Origin: Minisyncoccota bacterium
GTDB lineage: Bacteria; Patescibacteriota; Minisyncoccia; Phycocordibacterales; BOKC01
Direction: 5' to 3'
DNA length: 64,000 nucleotides
Assembly (NCBI GenBank): GCA_030583745.1
Contig: CP129473.1
Coordinates: forward strand, 616,211 to 680,210
Shown piece after piece: positions 36,777-47,781 of this stretch. The notes under the pieces are model-generated. The model was given only the letters and a program-made list of their open reading frames with translations, had not been told where the DNA came from and ran no database searches. Position 1 is the first letter of the stretch; each line of letters begins with the position of its first letter. Position numbers and translations under genes: made by a program.

Positions 36777-37838
36777 ATGAATTATAAACAAGAATTGGAC
36801 GAGCTCGTAAAAATTGTTTTGGCCGAAGGCGGGTCCGATTTGCATTTAGGCGAGGGTAGGAAGCCGACAATTAGAGTCAACGGCTCACTTATCCCAATTT
36901 CTAACAAAGAATCCATCAACCGTGAGTATATATACGGCATGATTGACGAGCTTTTGACCACTGAAAACAAAAAAAGGTTTTTGGCCTTGAAAAATGTTGA
37001 TTTCGCTTATAGTCATGTCAACAAAGAGAGATTTAGAGGTAACTCATATTTTCAACAAGGTCTTATAGCCATTTCTCTAAGATATATTCCGGAAAAAATC
37101 AGAACTTTTGAGGAGCTAAATTTGCCTCCGATTTTGGAGAATTTTACTGAAAAGAAGCAAGGTTTTTTCTTGGTTGTCGGACCGGTTGGTCAAGGTAAGA
37201 GCACGACATTGGCGGCCATGATTGAATTGATAAACCAAAGGCGTGCCGAGCACATAATCACTATCGAAGACCCGATTGAGTATGTTTTCAAGGAAAACAA
37301 ATCAATAATCGACCAGCGGGAAATCAGGACTGATAGTCCAGATTTTTACAGTGCTTTGAAAAATGTTTTCAGGCAGGATGTTAATGTAGTGATGGTCGGC
37401 GAAATGCGCGAGACCGAGACGATTGCAACGGCCGTTACCGCCGCCGAAACTGGACATTACATTCTTTCAACTCTACACACAAATGACGCGGCGCAAACTG
37501 TTGAGAGAGTAATTGATGCTTTTCCGGCTGCCCAACAAAACCAAATTCGTCTTCAGCTCGCTGGCAGTTTAACCGGAATATTTTCACAAAGATTGGTGCC
37601 GACAATTGCCGGTGGTTTGGTGCCAGCTTATGAGCTTTTGATAAATAATACCGCCGTCTCAAACGTCATTAGAGAAAACAGAGTTTATGAAATTTCGACC
37701 ATTATTGAAACCGGCTTAGGCGAAGGTATGATAAGTCTAAACCGCTCGCTTGTTGAATTGGTCCGGTCTGGACAGATTACCGCTGAAAATGCTTTTAGGT
37801 ATTCAAACGACGTGAAGAGTCTGGAAAAACTCCTGTAA
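36777..37838 (+). CDS. pilT: Twitching-motility retraction ATPase PilT
   Basis: Walker A VVGPVGQGKSTTLAAMI, HTNDAAQTVERV, GMISLN. Confidence 0.92.
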   Translation: MNYKQELDELVKIVLAEGGSDLHLGEGRKPTIRVNGSLIPISNKESINREYIYGMIDELLTTENKKRFLALKNVDFAYSHVNKERFRGNSYFQQGLIAISLRYIPEKIRTFEELNLPPILENFTEKKQGFFLVVGPVGQGKSTTLAAMIELINQRRAEHIITIEDPIEYVFKENKSIIDQREIRTDSPDFYSALKNVFRQDVNVVMVGEMRETETIATAVTAAETGHYILSTLHTNDAAQTVERVIDAFPAAQQNQIRLQLAGSLTGIFSQRLVPTIAGGLVPAYELLINNTAVSNVIRENRVYEISTIIETGLGEGMISLNRSLVELVRSGQITAENAFRYSNDVKSLEKLL

Positions 37839-37888
37839 TAGTTTTGTAGTTTGTAGTTGTTAGTTTATAGTTTGATATTAATAGACAG

Positions 37889-38242
37889 ATGGGCAGAGGA
37901 TATAAAGATTTAATTGTTTGGCAGAAGGCAAAAAATTTTTGTGTAAAAATATACAGAGTGACTGAGGAGTTTCCTAAATCAGAAACTTTTGGATTAGTAA
38001 GTCAATTAAGAAGGTCGTGTGTATCTATCCCGTCAAATATAGCAGAGGGCTCCAAAAGAAACAGTAAAAAAGACCAAAATCAATTTTACTCTATTGCCTA
38101 CGGTTCGGGAGCCGAGGTTGAAACCCAGTTGGATATTTCAAAAGAATTATTTCCAACATTAAAAGATAAAATTACCGCTATTGAAAATGAGCTGACTGAG
38201 ATTATGAAGATGTTAAATAAGTTAAGAAGTTATAAACTATAG
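37889..38242 (+). CDS. Four-helix-bundle protein (TIGR02436, the '23S rRNA intervening-sequence protein' family)
   Basis: LIVWQKA..F...Y.....FPK.E.FGL.SQLRR...SI..NIAEG; flanked by inverted 'tagttt' hexamer repeats. Confidence 0.85.
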   Translation: MGRGYKDLIVWQKAKNFCVKIYRVTEEFPKSETFGLVSQLRRSCVSIPSNIAEGSKRNSKKDQNQFYSIAYGSGAEVETQLDISKELFPTLKDKITAIENELTEIMKMLNKLRSYKL

Positions 38243-38276
38243 TCTATCAACCATAAACTAAAAACTATAAACTGAT

Positions 38277-39479
38277 ATGTTATTCAAATACCACGCCATA
38301 GATAATAGTGGAGCTGAAAAAGAGGGAATAATTGATGCTTTGAACAAAGATGTGGCTATCAGCTCTTTGCAAAACAGAGGTCTTGTAGTTTCGTCTGTTG
38401 AGCTTCTTGAGAAACCATCAATCTTAAGAAAAATTCCGTTTCTAAATAGGGTTGCTTCAAAAGATATTGTGATCGTGACCCGTCAGATGGCGACCTTGTT
38501 TGAGGCGCAAGTTTCAGCTTTAAGAGTTTTTCGTCTGCTGTCTTCGGAAACTGATCACCCGGTCTTGAAGAGGTCTTTGGGTCAAGTCGCTGATGATTTG
38601 CAGGAAGGAAGTTCAATTTCCGCCGCCTTGGAAAAGCATCCGCATATTTTTTCAGACTTCTATGTCAGCATGGTCAAAGTCGGTGAAGAGTCCGGAAGAT
38701 TGAGTCAGGTTTTTGTTTACCTCGCTGATTATTTGGACCGGACTTATGCCGTAACAACCAAAGCCAAGCACGCCCTAATTTATCCGACTTTTGTTATTAT
38801 CGCTTTTATAGGCGTGATGGTTCTTTTGTTTACTGTGGTTATTCCGAGAATTACCCCGATTTTGCTTGAGACAGGAGTTGATTTGCCGGTTTACACTAAA
38901 GCTGTTTTGTGGATGAGCTCTTTTCTTTTGAACTACGGAATTTATCTTTTGGTGGCACTTATTATCATGACTTTTGTCTTTTTTAAATATTTCCGGACAC
39001 AAAGCGGGCGTTTGACCTTGGATAATTTAAAACTTAGCGTGCCCTATGTCAGCAATTTGTACCAGAAACTTTATTTGACCAGAATTGCCGACAATATGAA
39101 TACTATGACTTCAAGCGGTGTTTCGATGATTCAAGCCATTGAATCAACTGCCGAAGTTGTTGACAATGAGATTTTCAAAGAGATTCTGCAGGACGCCGCT
39201 CTGAAAGTGAAAGCCGGCAAGTCGCTTTCTTCGGCTTTGGCCGAATATCGTGAAGTGCCGAGCATTATGACCCAGATGATAAAAGTTGGCGAAGAGACCG
39301 GCGAGCTTGCGCATATTTTGGATACTTTGGCGAAATTTTACCAACGTGAAGTTATCACCGCGGTTGACACCTTGACCGATATGATCCAGCCGGCAATCAT
39401 TGTCGTCTTGGGTCTTGGTGTCGGTTTTCTTCTCGCCGCTGTGCTTATGCCAATCTACAACATCGCCGGTGCATTTTAA
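38277..39479 (+). CDS. pilC: Type IV pilus inner-membrane platform protein PilC (GspF family)
   Basis: Duplicated T2SS-F domains and 3 TM segments. Confidence 0.9.
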   Translation: MLFKYHAIDNSGAEKEGIIDALNKDVAISSLQNRGLVVSSVELLEKPSILRKIPFLNRVASKDIVIVTRQMATLFEAQVSALRVFRLLSSETDHPVLKRSLGQVADDLQEGSSISAALEKHPHIFSDFYVSMVKVGEESGRLSQVFVYLADYLDRTYAVTTKAKHALIYPTFVIIAFIGVMVLLFTVVIPRITPILLETGVDLPVYTKAVLWMSSFLLNYGIYLLVALIIMTFVFFKYFRTQSGRLTLDNLKLSVPYVSNLYQKLYLTRIADNMNTMTSSGVSMIQAIESTAEVVDNEIFKEILQDAALKVKAGKSLSSALAEYREVPSIMTQMIKVGEETGELAHILDTLAKFYQREVITAVDTLTDMIQPAIIVVLGLGVGFLLAAVLMPIYNIAGAF

Positions 39480-39518
39480 GTAGGGTATAGGGTCTAGGGT
39501 ATATAGCCAATAGGGAAA

Positions 39519-39878
39519 ATGCAATCTTACAAAAATCTGATTGTTTGGCAAAAAAATTTCGAACTTGTTAAATCTGTCTATAACCTGACCAAACAATTTC
39601 CAAGAGAGGAATTATACGGACTGGTTTCACAGATGCGCCGGTCGGCAGTTTCCATTCCGTCTAACCTTGCAGAAGGTTATAGTAGGAAATCAAGACAAGA
39701 ATATATTCAGTTTGTAAGAATTGCTTTTGGTTCTGGGGCGGAATTAGAAACTCAACTTTTATTAGTTATAGACCTGAAACTGGCTAACCAAAACGAAACC
39801 GAAAAAGTGTATAATCAATTAGTGGAGGTAATGAAAATGCTGAACAAATTAATTTCTTCCCTAACCCCTAAACCCTAG
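39519..39878 (+). CDS. Second four-helix-bundle protein (TIGR02436), about 45-50% identical to the first copy
   Basis: Same LIVWQK...GLVSQMRRSAVSIPSNLAEG motif; flanked by inverted 'tagggt' hexamer repeats. Confidence 0.85.
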   Translation: MQSYKNLIVWQKNFELVKSVYNLTKQFPREELYGLVSQMRRSAVSIPSNLAEGYSRKSRQEYIQFVRIAFGSGAELETQLLLVIDLKLANQNETEKVYNQLVEVMKMLNKLISSLTPKP

Positions 39879-40103
39879 TGGCTAGTCGCTATACCCTAGT
39901 CTCTAAACCCTATCTCACTTATCCACACCCTCTTTGTAGTACCTTACCTCTTTGTTATAATTAAATTCGTCGTAAAGACAAATATTATTGGGATTTTGGT
40001 CGAATCAAGCCCAATTTTAAAAAAATTATTAGTAGAGTTAAAAGTTAAGAATTGTTCGCGCGAGCAATTTTAAAGTCTTAACAAGACTTAATAAAAATAA
40101 ATT

Positions 40104-40472
40104 ATGAACATTTTCAGAAAAAGTCAAAAAGGTTTTACCTTAATTGAACTTTTGGTTGTTATCGCTATTATCGGTATCTTGTCTTCAGTTGTATTGGCTT
40201 CGCTTAATACTGCTAGAACAAAAGCAGCTATTTCAGCATATCAAGCTGAACTAAGAGGCGCTGTTCCATCACTTCTTGTTGATTGTGATGGCGCTGCTTC
40301 AGGTGCGAATGCTACAGTTGCGGCTACTGAGAGACATGCTGCAATCACAGTCACTTGTGATGGACTCGGCGGATTTGCTGATGTACAAGTTCCACCAATT
40401 CCGGCTACATTAGCAGAATGTGGAACGGTCACTGATGAGGGTGTAACCTTTACAGGTGCAGTTTGCGCATAA
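40104..40472 (+). CDS. pilA: Type IV major pilin (PilA-like)
   Basis: Prepilin leader plus GFTLIELLVVIAIIGIL, and a C-terminal Cys pair. Confidence 0.9.
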   Translation: MNIFRKSQKGFTLIELLVVIAIIGILSSVVLASLNTARTKAAISAYQAELRGAVPSLLVDCDGAASGANATVAATERHAAITVTCDGLGGFADVQVPPIPATLAECGTVTDEGVTFTGAVCA

Positions 40473-40497
40473 GCTTTCATTCTAAATGAGACCTACA

Positions 40498-40616
40498 GCA
40501 AGGAATTTGCTTGATAATTCCTTGATAAGAAAAACCCCCGCAAAACGGGGGTTTTTCTTTAAACTTCTAAAGTTTCCCACAACATCCTTACCTTATCAAG
40601 GAATTTCCTTGATAGA
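40498..40616. repeat. REP-like palindromic repeats (two copies) flanking the pilA terminator, upstream of the RAYT gene
   Basis: Perfect palindrome 'tatcaaggaatttccttgata' at 40593-40616 and a degenerate copy at 40498-40530. Confidence 0.8.
40535..40557 (+). terminator. Rho-independent terminator after pilA
   Basis: 'aaaaaccccc gcaaaac gggggttttt'. Confidence 0.8.
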
Positions 40617-40626
40617 ATAAAGGTAT

Positions 40627-41286
40627 ATGGGAATAAGAAACATAACTTTTTCCGAGGGTGAATTTTATCACGTATTCAACCGAGGTGTAGATAAAAGGGT
40701 TATTTTTATTGATAATGGCGATCGCGAACGTTTTGTCCGCCTTTTGTACGCGACAAACAGTACTATGGAAGCGCATATCAGCAATTATCAAGGAATTTCC
40801 TTGATAGAAATCCCGCGAGGGGAGACTATTGTAGACATTGGCGCGTGGTGCATTATGCCTAACCATTTTCATCTTCTGTTGAGGGAAAAAATTGAAAAAG
40901 GGATAAGTATTTTTATGAAAAAGCTATTAACGGGATATTCAATGTATTTTAATACTAAATATCAAAGGAAGGGTAAACTTTTTGAAGGGAAGTTTTCAGC
41001 AAAACATTTAAATACTGATAATTATTTAAAATACCAATACGCTTATATCCATTTGAACCCAATCGGCATTATTGAAAATGGTTGGAAACAAAAAAAGATT
41101 AATGACAAAGAAGGAGCCAAAAAATTTCTTTCTTCTTACGATTATTCAAGTTATTTAGACTATGCAAAATCAGACGACAGAGTAGAATCAGCCATTTTAG
41201 AAAAACCGGCATTTCCGGAATACTTTCAAACTTTCACTGAATTTAATTCAATGATTGATGAATGGATAAATTTTGAAGAATTATAA
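40627..41286 (+). mobile_element. REP-associated tyrosine transposase (RAYT, IS200/IS605-like HuH Y1 transposase)
   Basis: HuH motif CIMPNHFHLLL, the RAYT C-terminal motif YAYIHLNPIGIIENGW, and catalytic-Tyr region GYSMYFNTKYQ. It is flanked by cognate REP palindromes and contains one copy at 40785-40805. Confidence 0.8.
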
Positions 41287-41320
41287 TTTTTGCTTTTTTT
41301 GGTTTATAATTATTCTCATA

Positions 41321-41761
41321 ATGCATAGAAAAAATAAAGGCTTCACCTTGATAGAGCTCTTGGTGGTAATTTCTATTATTGGTGTTTTGGCTTCTATCGT
41401 TCTGGTCTCTCTTCAAAGCGCCAGGGAAAGAGCGCGACTAGCTGATGTTCAGAGTTCTTTAAGGTCAATTGTTCCTGCGGTAGTTTTATGCGTTGATTCT
41501 AATTCAGACCTTACTTGCGGACAATCGGGCCAGACCTTTCCTTGCACAGGTCAAGATGGCGGGGGGGACCAACCTTCAGCCGGCGTGCCAATATGTGGCA
41601 ATCTAAGCGCTACAGATGTTGCCTGGCCCAATTTACCAGCTGGCTGGAGTTATGGAAACAACGCAAGGACTAACCAAATAGAATCGACTTTTGAATATTC
41701 CGCAACTGGTAATGGTAATACCGTAACCTGCACTGAAACTGGCTGCCAAACAGAAAATTAA
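41321..41761 (+). CDS. Second type IV pilin or pseudopilin
   Basis: Prepilin motif KGFTLIELLVVISIIGVLASI. Start placed at MHRKNKG. Confidence 0.85.
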   Translation: MHRKNKGFTLIELLVVISIIGVLASIVLVSLQSARERARLADVQSSLRSIVPAVVLCVDSNSDLTCGQSGQTFPCTGQDGGGDQPSAGVPICGNLSATDVAWPNLPAGWSYGNNARTNQIESTFEYSATGNGNTVTCTETGCQTEN

Positions 41762-42628
41762 ATGACCATCTTTTTTTCTATTTCAATTTTTATTCTAGGA
41801 ACTTTAGTCGGTAGTTTTTTGAATGTGGTGACTCTGCGCTATGGCACGGATAGAGGTGTTGTTCGCAAGCGTTCTTCTTGCCCGTCGTGTAAAAAGGTCT
41901 TAGGTCCTGCCGAGCTCGTTCCAATCCTAAGTTTTATTTTGCAAAAGGGCAGATGCCGAAAGTGTAAGGCCAAAATTTCTTGGCAGTATCCGCTGGTGGA
42001 ATTTTTGACCGGCCTTGTTTTTCTCCTAGTTTTTTTAAAAGTTATCCTTTATCAAGGAAATTCCTTGATATCAAGGAATTTCCTTGATATGGGGACTATT
42101 GGAGAATTGTTTTTCTACTGGACAATCTTTTCTGTTCTAATTGCCATTTCAGTTTACGATTTCCATCATAAAATTATTCCGGATGAATTTGTTTTCACCT
42201 TTATCGCGCTTTCTTTTCTTGTCGGTTTTCTGGAATTTTTGAATTCCGGATTTTTAGCTTGGCTTTTGGCCGGACCCTTGATTGTCGCACCATTTTTTCT
42301 AATTTGGCTTTTTTCCGGCGGGCGTTGGATGGGCTTTGGCGATGTTAAGCTCGCGCTTGGTATCGGCTGGTTTCTCGGAATTGTCGGGGGAATTTACGCG
42401 ATCCTTTGGTCTTTTTGGATTGGAGGAGCAGTGGCGATTGTTCTTTTACTTTCAAAAAATTTTCTATCAACATTACCGTCCAAAGGCGCGTTGTTTTCAG
42501 AGCTTAAAGGGCTTACAATTAAGAGTGAAATCCCATTCGGTCCGTTTCTGGTCTTGGGCACGATGATTTATTTTTTTGCGGAACATGACTTTTTGGGGCT
42601 CGACATGTTTTTCAGACTAATTTTCTAG
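41762..42628 (+). CDS. pilD: Prepilin peptidase PilD (A24 family) with an in-frame tandem REP insertion
   Basis: Zn-finger CPSC...CRKC and peptidase A24 TM core. At 42051-42088 there are two head-to-tail 19-21-bp REP palindromes encoding ...YQGNSLISRNFLD... Confidence 0.88.
   Translation: MTIFFSISIFILGTLVGSFLNVVTLRYGTDRGVVRKRSSCPSCKKVLGPAELVPILSFILQKGRCRKCKAKISWQYPLVEFLTGLVFLLVFLKVILYQGNSLISRNFLDMGTIGELFFYWTIFSVLIAISVYDFHHKIIPDEFVFTFIALSFLVGFLEFLNSGFLAWLLAGPLIVAPFFLIWLFSGGRWMGFGDVKLALGIGWFLGIVGGIYAILWSFWIGGAVAIVLLLSKNFLSTLPSKGALFSELKGLTIKSEIPFGPFLVLGTMIYFFAEHDFLGLDMFFRLIF
42051..42088. repeat. Tandem pair of REP palindromes in opposite orientation inside pilD
   Basis: 'atcaaggaaattccttgat' plus 'atcaaggaatttccttgat'. 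Confidence 0.85.
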
Positions 42629-42644
42629 CCCCAACCTTTGTCTT

Positions 42645-43421
42645 ATGAAGAAAAATCAGAATCTTGAATCCGGCATCACACTGATTGAACTATTAGTCTC
42701 GATTTTTATTATTATCCTTATAACCTCTGTTGTTGTCTTTAACCATCGCGCCTTTACCGACAAACTGGAAATTACCAATCTGGCTTTTGATATTGCTCTC
42801 ACTATCAGGGAAGCGCAGGTTTCGGGCATTGCCGTAGAGCAGGCGCCTGATGTCGGGGGATTTGAAAACGCTTTCGGAGTCTCTTTTTTCATAAGGACAC
42901 AGCCGAGCGAGGGCGGAGATGTTAATAATGATAAAATTTTTATAAGATTCATAGATTTTGATTCGGAAGGTGATACTGATTTTTTAATGTATAACGGCAC
43001 TTACGATTGCACCGATTCAGAATGTTTGGAAAAAGTTGAAATAGGTCGTGGAAATAAAATAAGTCATATTTGCTACAGGAACGGAGGGGCTTTGAAGTGC
43101 GGTAGTCCGATAAGAAGTGAGCCGAGAGGGGTTGATATCGCCTTTTTAAGACCCAAGCCGGACGCTTCCATAAAATTCAGAGATGCGGGAGGGGAATATC
43201 TTTCAAGCGATGAAGGGGTATCTCTTGATAATTTGGAAGCGGTAATTTGTCTTGAGTCGCCCTTGGGTAGAAAAAAGAGCGTTCATGTTTTACCGACTGG
43301 TCAGATTTCGGTTCGAGACGGTGAAGGATGTCTTACACCTGGTGGCGGGCCGGGCGGAGGTGCTCCAGGAGGAGGTGGTCCAGGAGGAGGTGCTCCAGGA
43401 GGAGGTGGTCCACCCGGCTAA
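42645..43421 (+). CDS. Minor pilin or pseudopilin with a Gly/Pro-rich C-terminal tail
   Basis: Prepilin N-terminus GITLIELLVSIFII. The C-terminus GGGPGGGAPGGGGPGGGAPGGGGPPG comes from tandem ~21-bp repeats. Confidence 0.75.
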   Translation: MKKNQNLESGITLIELLVSIFIIILITSVVVFNHRAFTDKLEITNLAFDIALTIREAQVSGIAVEQAPDVGGFENAFGVSFFIRTQPSEGGDVNNDKIFIRFIDFDSEGDTDFLMYNGTYDCTDSECLEKVEIGRGNKISHICYRNGGALKCGSPIRSEPRGVDIAFLRPKPDASIKFRDAGGEYLSSDEGVSLDNLEAVICLESPLGRKKSVHVLPTGQISVRDGEGCLTPGGGPGGGAPGGGGPGGGAPGGGGPPG

Positions 43422-43460
43422 TAACTTGATATTCAAATTTTCTTAAATTTATAGCAAATT

Positions 43461-44093
43461 ATGTTAGTTAAAAAACACAAGAACAAAAAAGATAGAGGTC
43501 TAATTCTCTTGGAGTTGGTTGTGGCTTTGGGAATTTTCTTGGCGGTTATGACGATTGGTATGGGAGCAGTCTTGGAGATGTATGGGCTAAATAAAAAAAG
43601 TCAGTCGTTGAAACTCGTTATGACCAATTTAAATTTTGCAGTTGAAAGTATGGCGCGGGAAATTGTGGTGGGAACGGATTATAGATGTGACGACTCTGGC
43701 ACCGAACCCTTTGATTGTCCGATGGGCGGGGAGGGCGGAAAAGCGATCACTTTTTGTTCAAGTGAAAATCAGAAGGTTTTTTACAGGTTTTCAGAAGATT
43801 TAAAGTCTATCCAGCGGTATGTGGAAAAAGATGAGGATGAAGATACGTGTGATGAACATAGTCCAGACGGAGACAAGTTCCAGGATATTACCGCGCCGGA
43901 AGTTGAGATAGAGAAATTACATTTTTTTGTTGAGGGGACCGGGACCGGGACTGGAGATTGCGAAAAGCAACCAAGGGTTGTGATTTTGATAGAGGGAGTT
44001 GCTGGGGTTCGTGAAGAAGAAAAGTCGGAATTTTCAATACAGACCACGGTGTCCCAAAGAGTGCCTAAAATAAACGCATCATGTACTTATTAA
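43461..44093 (+). CDS. Minor pilin-like protein
   Basis: N-terminal RGLILLELVVALGIFLAV pilin-like helix. Confidence 0.65.
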   Translation: MLVKKHKNKKDRGLILLELVVALGIFLAVMTIGMGAVLEMYGLNKKSQSLKLVMTNLNFAVESMAREIVVGTDYRCDDSGTEPFDCPMGGEGGKAITFCSSENQKVFYRFSEDLKSIQRYVEKDEDEDTCDEHSPDGDKFQDITAPEVEIEKLHFFVEGTGTGTGDCEKQPRVVILIEGVAGVREEEKSEFSIQTTVSQRVPKINASCTY

Positions 44094-44662
44094 ATAAAAA
44101 AATCAAAAAATCTAAGAGCGGGTTTTCTCTGGTGGAGACATTAGTTGCGATTTTTATTTTGGCGATGGCGATTGCGGCGGCGATGACTGTTGCCAATAGC
44201 AGTTTGCAGGCCAGCTTTTACGCACGAGACAGAATCGCCGCTTTCTTTTTGGCACAAGAAGCCATAGAACTTATAAAAAATAAAAGGGATGTGAATGGAT
44301 TGTCTGGTAACCGATGGCTTGGCGGTATTGCCAATTGGGATTCATATGGCGGTTGGTGTGGAGAGAATAGTGATTGCGGGATTGATATCGATGGAAATAA
44401 TTTAGAACAATGTCTAATTCAAGGATGTGAGTTGTGTAAAGACGAAAGTGGTTTATTGTTACATCGGGGAAACAATGCTTCCACCCCTTGCGATGGATTA
44501 GAACGCACCGGGATTTTTAGGACCATAAATATGAAAAAAATAAACGCAAACGAGGCAAAAATAACTGTAAAAGTGTCTTGGACACGGGGGCTTGGCACAA
44601 AAGAGCTTGTAGTCTCGGAGCACATTCTTAACTGGCATCCGTTTAGCGATATTGAAGAATAA
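44081..44662 (+). CDS. Minor pilin (PilV/PilW-like)
   Basis: KSGFSLVETLVAIFILAMAIAA prepilin motif. Confidence 0.75.
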   Translation: MYLLNKKIKKSKSGFSLVETLVAIFILAMAIAAAMTVANSSLQASFYARDRIAAFFLAQEAIELIKNKRDVNGLSGNRWLGGIANWDSYGGWCGENSDCGIDIDGNNLEQCLIQGCELCKDESGLLLHRGNNASTPCDGLERTGIFRTINMKKINANEAKITVKVSWTRGLGTKELVVSEHILNWHPFSDIEE

Positions 44663-44664
44663 AT

Positions 44665-45174
44665 ATGAAATCTGACAAAAAACAAAAAGGAATTTCTCTT
44701 TTCATTGCGGTTCTGGTGGCTTCTGTAGCAGCGCTTTTTAGTTTTGCGATTTCAAATATTGCTTTGCGGGAAGTTATTTTGGCGCAGACTGGCAGGGACT
44801 CGCAGTTGTCTTTTTATGCCGCAAATTCCGGCATTGAATGTGCCCTTTTTTGGGATTTGAAAAAAGGTTCATTTGAACCTGGGAAAATCAGCCAGATAAA
44901 TTGCAATAATCAGACCAAGACTGTAGATATGAGACTAAGTACGGATGATGGAACTACTTATGTCTTTAACTTACCCATAAACAATGCGATTTCTTTGGGA
45001 GATTCCTCAAACGACTCTTGTTTTGTTTTTACTATGACGAAAAAAATAAATTTTGACGACGGCAATGAAGGTGAAATTGAAAGTATTGATACCACCCTTG
45101 TTTCCCGTGGTTATAATACTTGCGATTTTAACAGCGCGCGGGTTTTGGAAAGAGCGATACGGGTAACGTATTAG
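44665..45174 (+). CDS. Minor pilin-like protein (PilX-like)
   Basis: QKGISLFIAVLVASVAALFS N-terminal hydrophobic helix. Confidence 0.6.
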   Translation: MKSDKKQKGISLFIAVLVASVAALFSFAISNIALREVILAQTGRDSQLSFYAANSGIECALFWDLKKGSFEPGKISQINCNNQTKTVDMRLSTDDGTTYVFNLPINNAISLGDSSNDSCFVFTMTKKINFDDGNEGEIESIDTTLVSRGYNTCDFNSARVLERAIRVTY

Positions 45175-45204
45175 TGAGTAGAGAGGAGGTAAGCGGTAGT
45201 GTAA

Positions 45205-47259
<2,055 letters not shown>

Positions 47260-47266
47260 CTTAACT

Positions 47267-47566
47267 ATGGCGGAAATAAGCACAGAAGACTTAAATAAGC
47301 TGGCTGAACTAGCCAGATTGAGATTTGACTCGGCTGAACTAGAGTCTTTTTCAAAAGATATCGACTCAATTTTGTCTTATGTAAAACAGGTACAAGAGGT
47401 AGCAATCGGAGAGATTTCTAACCGGCCGGCCGGAGTTTACGCACTCTTGGAAAACCAAATGAGGCGGGACGAAAACCCTCATCCGGCCGGAGAATTTACG
47501 GAAAAGATTCTCGGTCAAGCACCACAAAGAGAGGGAAATTACTTTAAGGTTAAGAAAATACTTTAG
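47267..47566 (+). CDS. gatC: Glu-tRNA(Gln)/Asp-tRNA(Asn) amidotransferase subunit C
   Basis: LAELARLRFDSAELESFSKDIDSILSYV. Confidence 0.85.
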   Translation: MAEISTEDLNKLAELARLRFDSAELESFSKDIDSILSYVKQVQEVAIGEISNRPAGVYALLENQMRRDENPHPAGEFTEKILGQAPQREGNYFKVKKIL

Positions 47567-47599
47567 CAAATTGCTCTAATTAAACTAATTTTTAATTTC

Positions 47600-47760
47600 T
47601 AAACAATGACCAATTATTATTTTGAAATTCTAAACTCTAAGTTCTAATCAAACTTAAAACTCAAAGATTAAAACTCTAAAATGAAATTTGGAACTTTGAT
47701 CTTAGAACTTAAAACTTGATTAGAGTTTAGAACTTAGAGTTTAAAATGTTGTAGAATAAT
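47600..47760. repeat. AT-rich imperfect inverted repeat (MITE-like or a large hairpin) between gatC and gatA
   Basis: 'aaactctaagttctaa' and 'cttaaaactc' motifs on the left arm, mirrored as 'ttagaacttagagttt' and 'gagtttagaac' on the right arm. Confidence 0.6.
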
Positions 47761-47781
47761 TAGGCCAATTCTTTTGAAGAA

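Noticed and set aside
40588-40872. Minus-strand 94-aa ORF
   Set aside because: It lies entirely antisense to the RAYT gene. It is open only because the REP palindromes read the same, 'YQGNSLI', on both strands.
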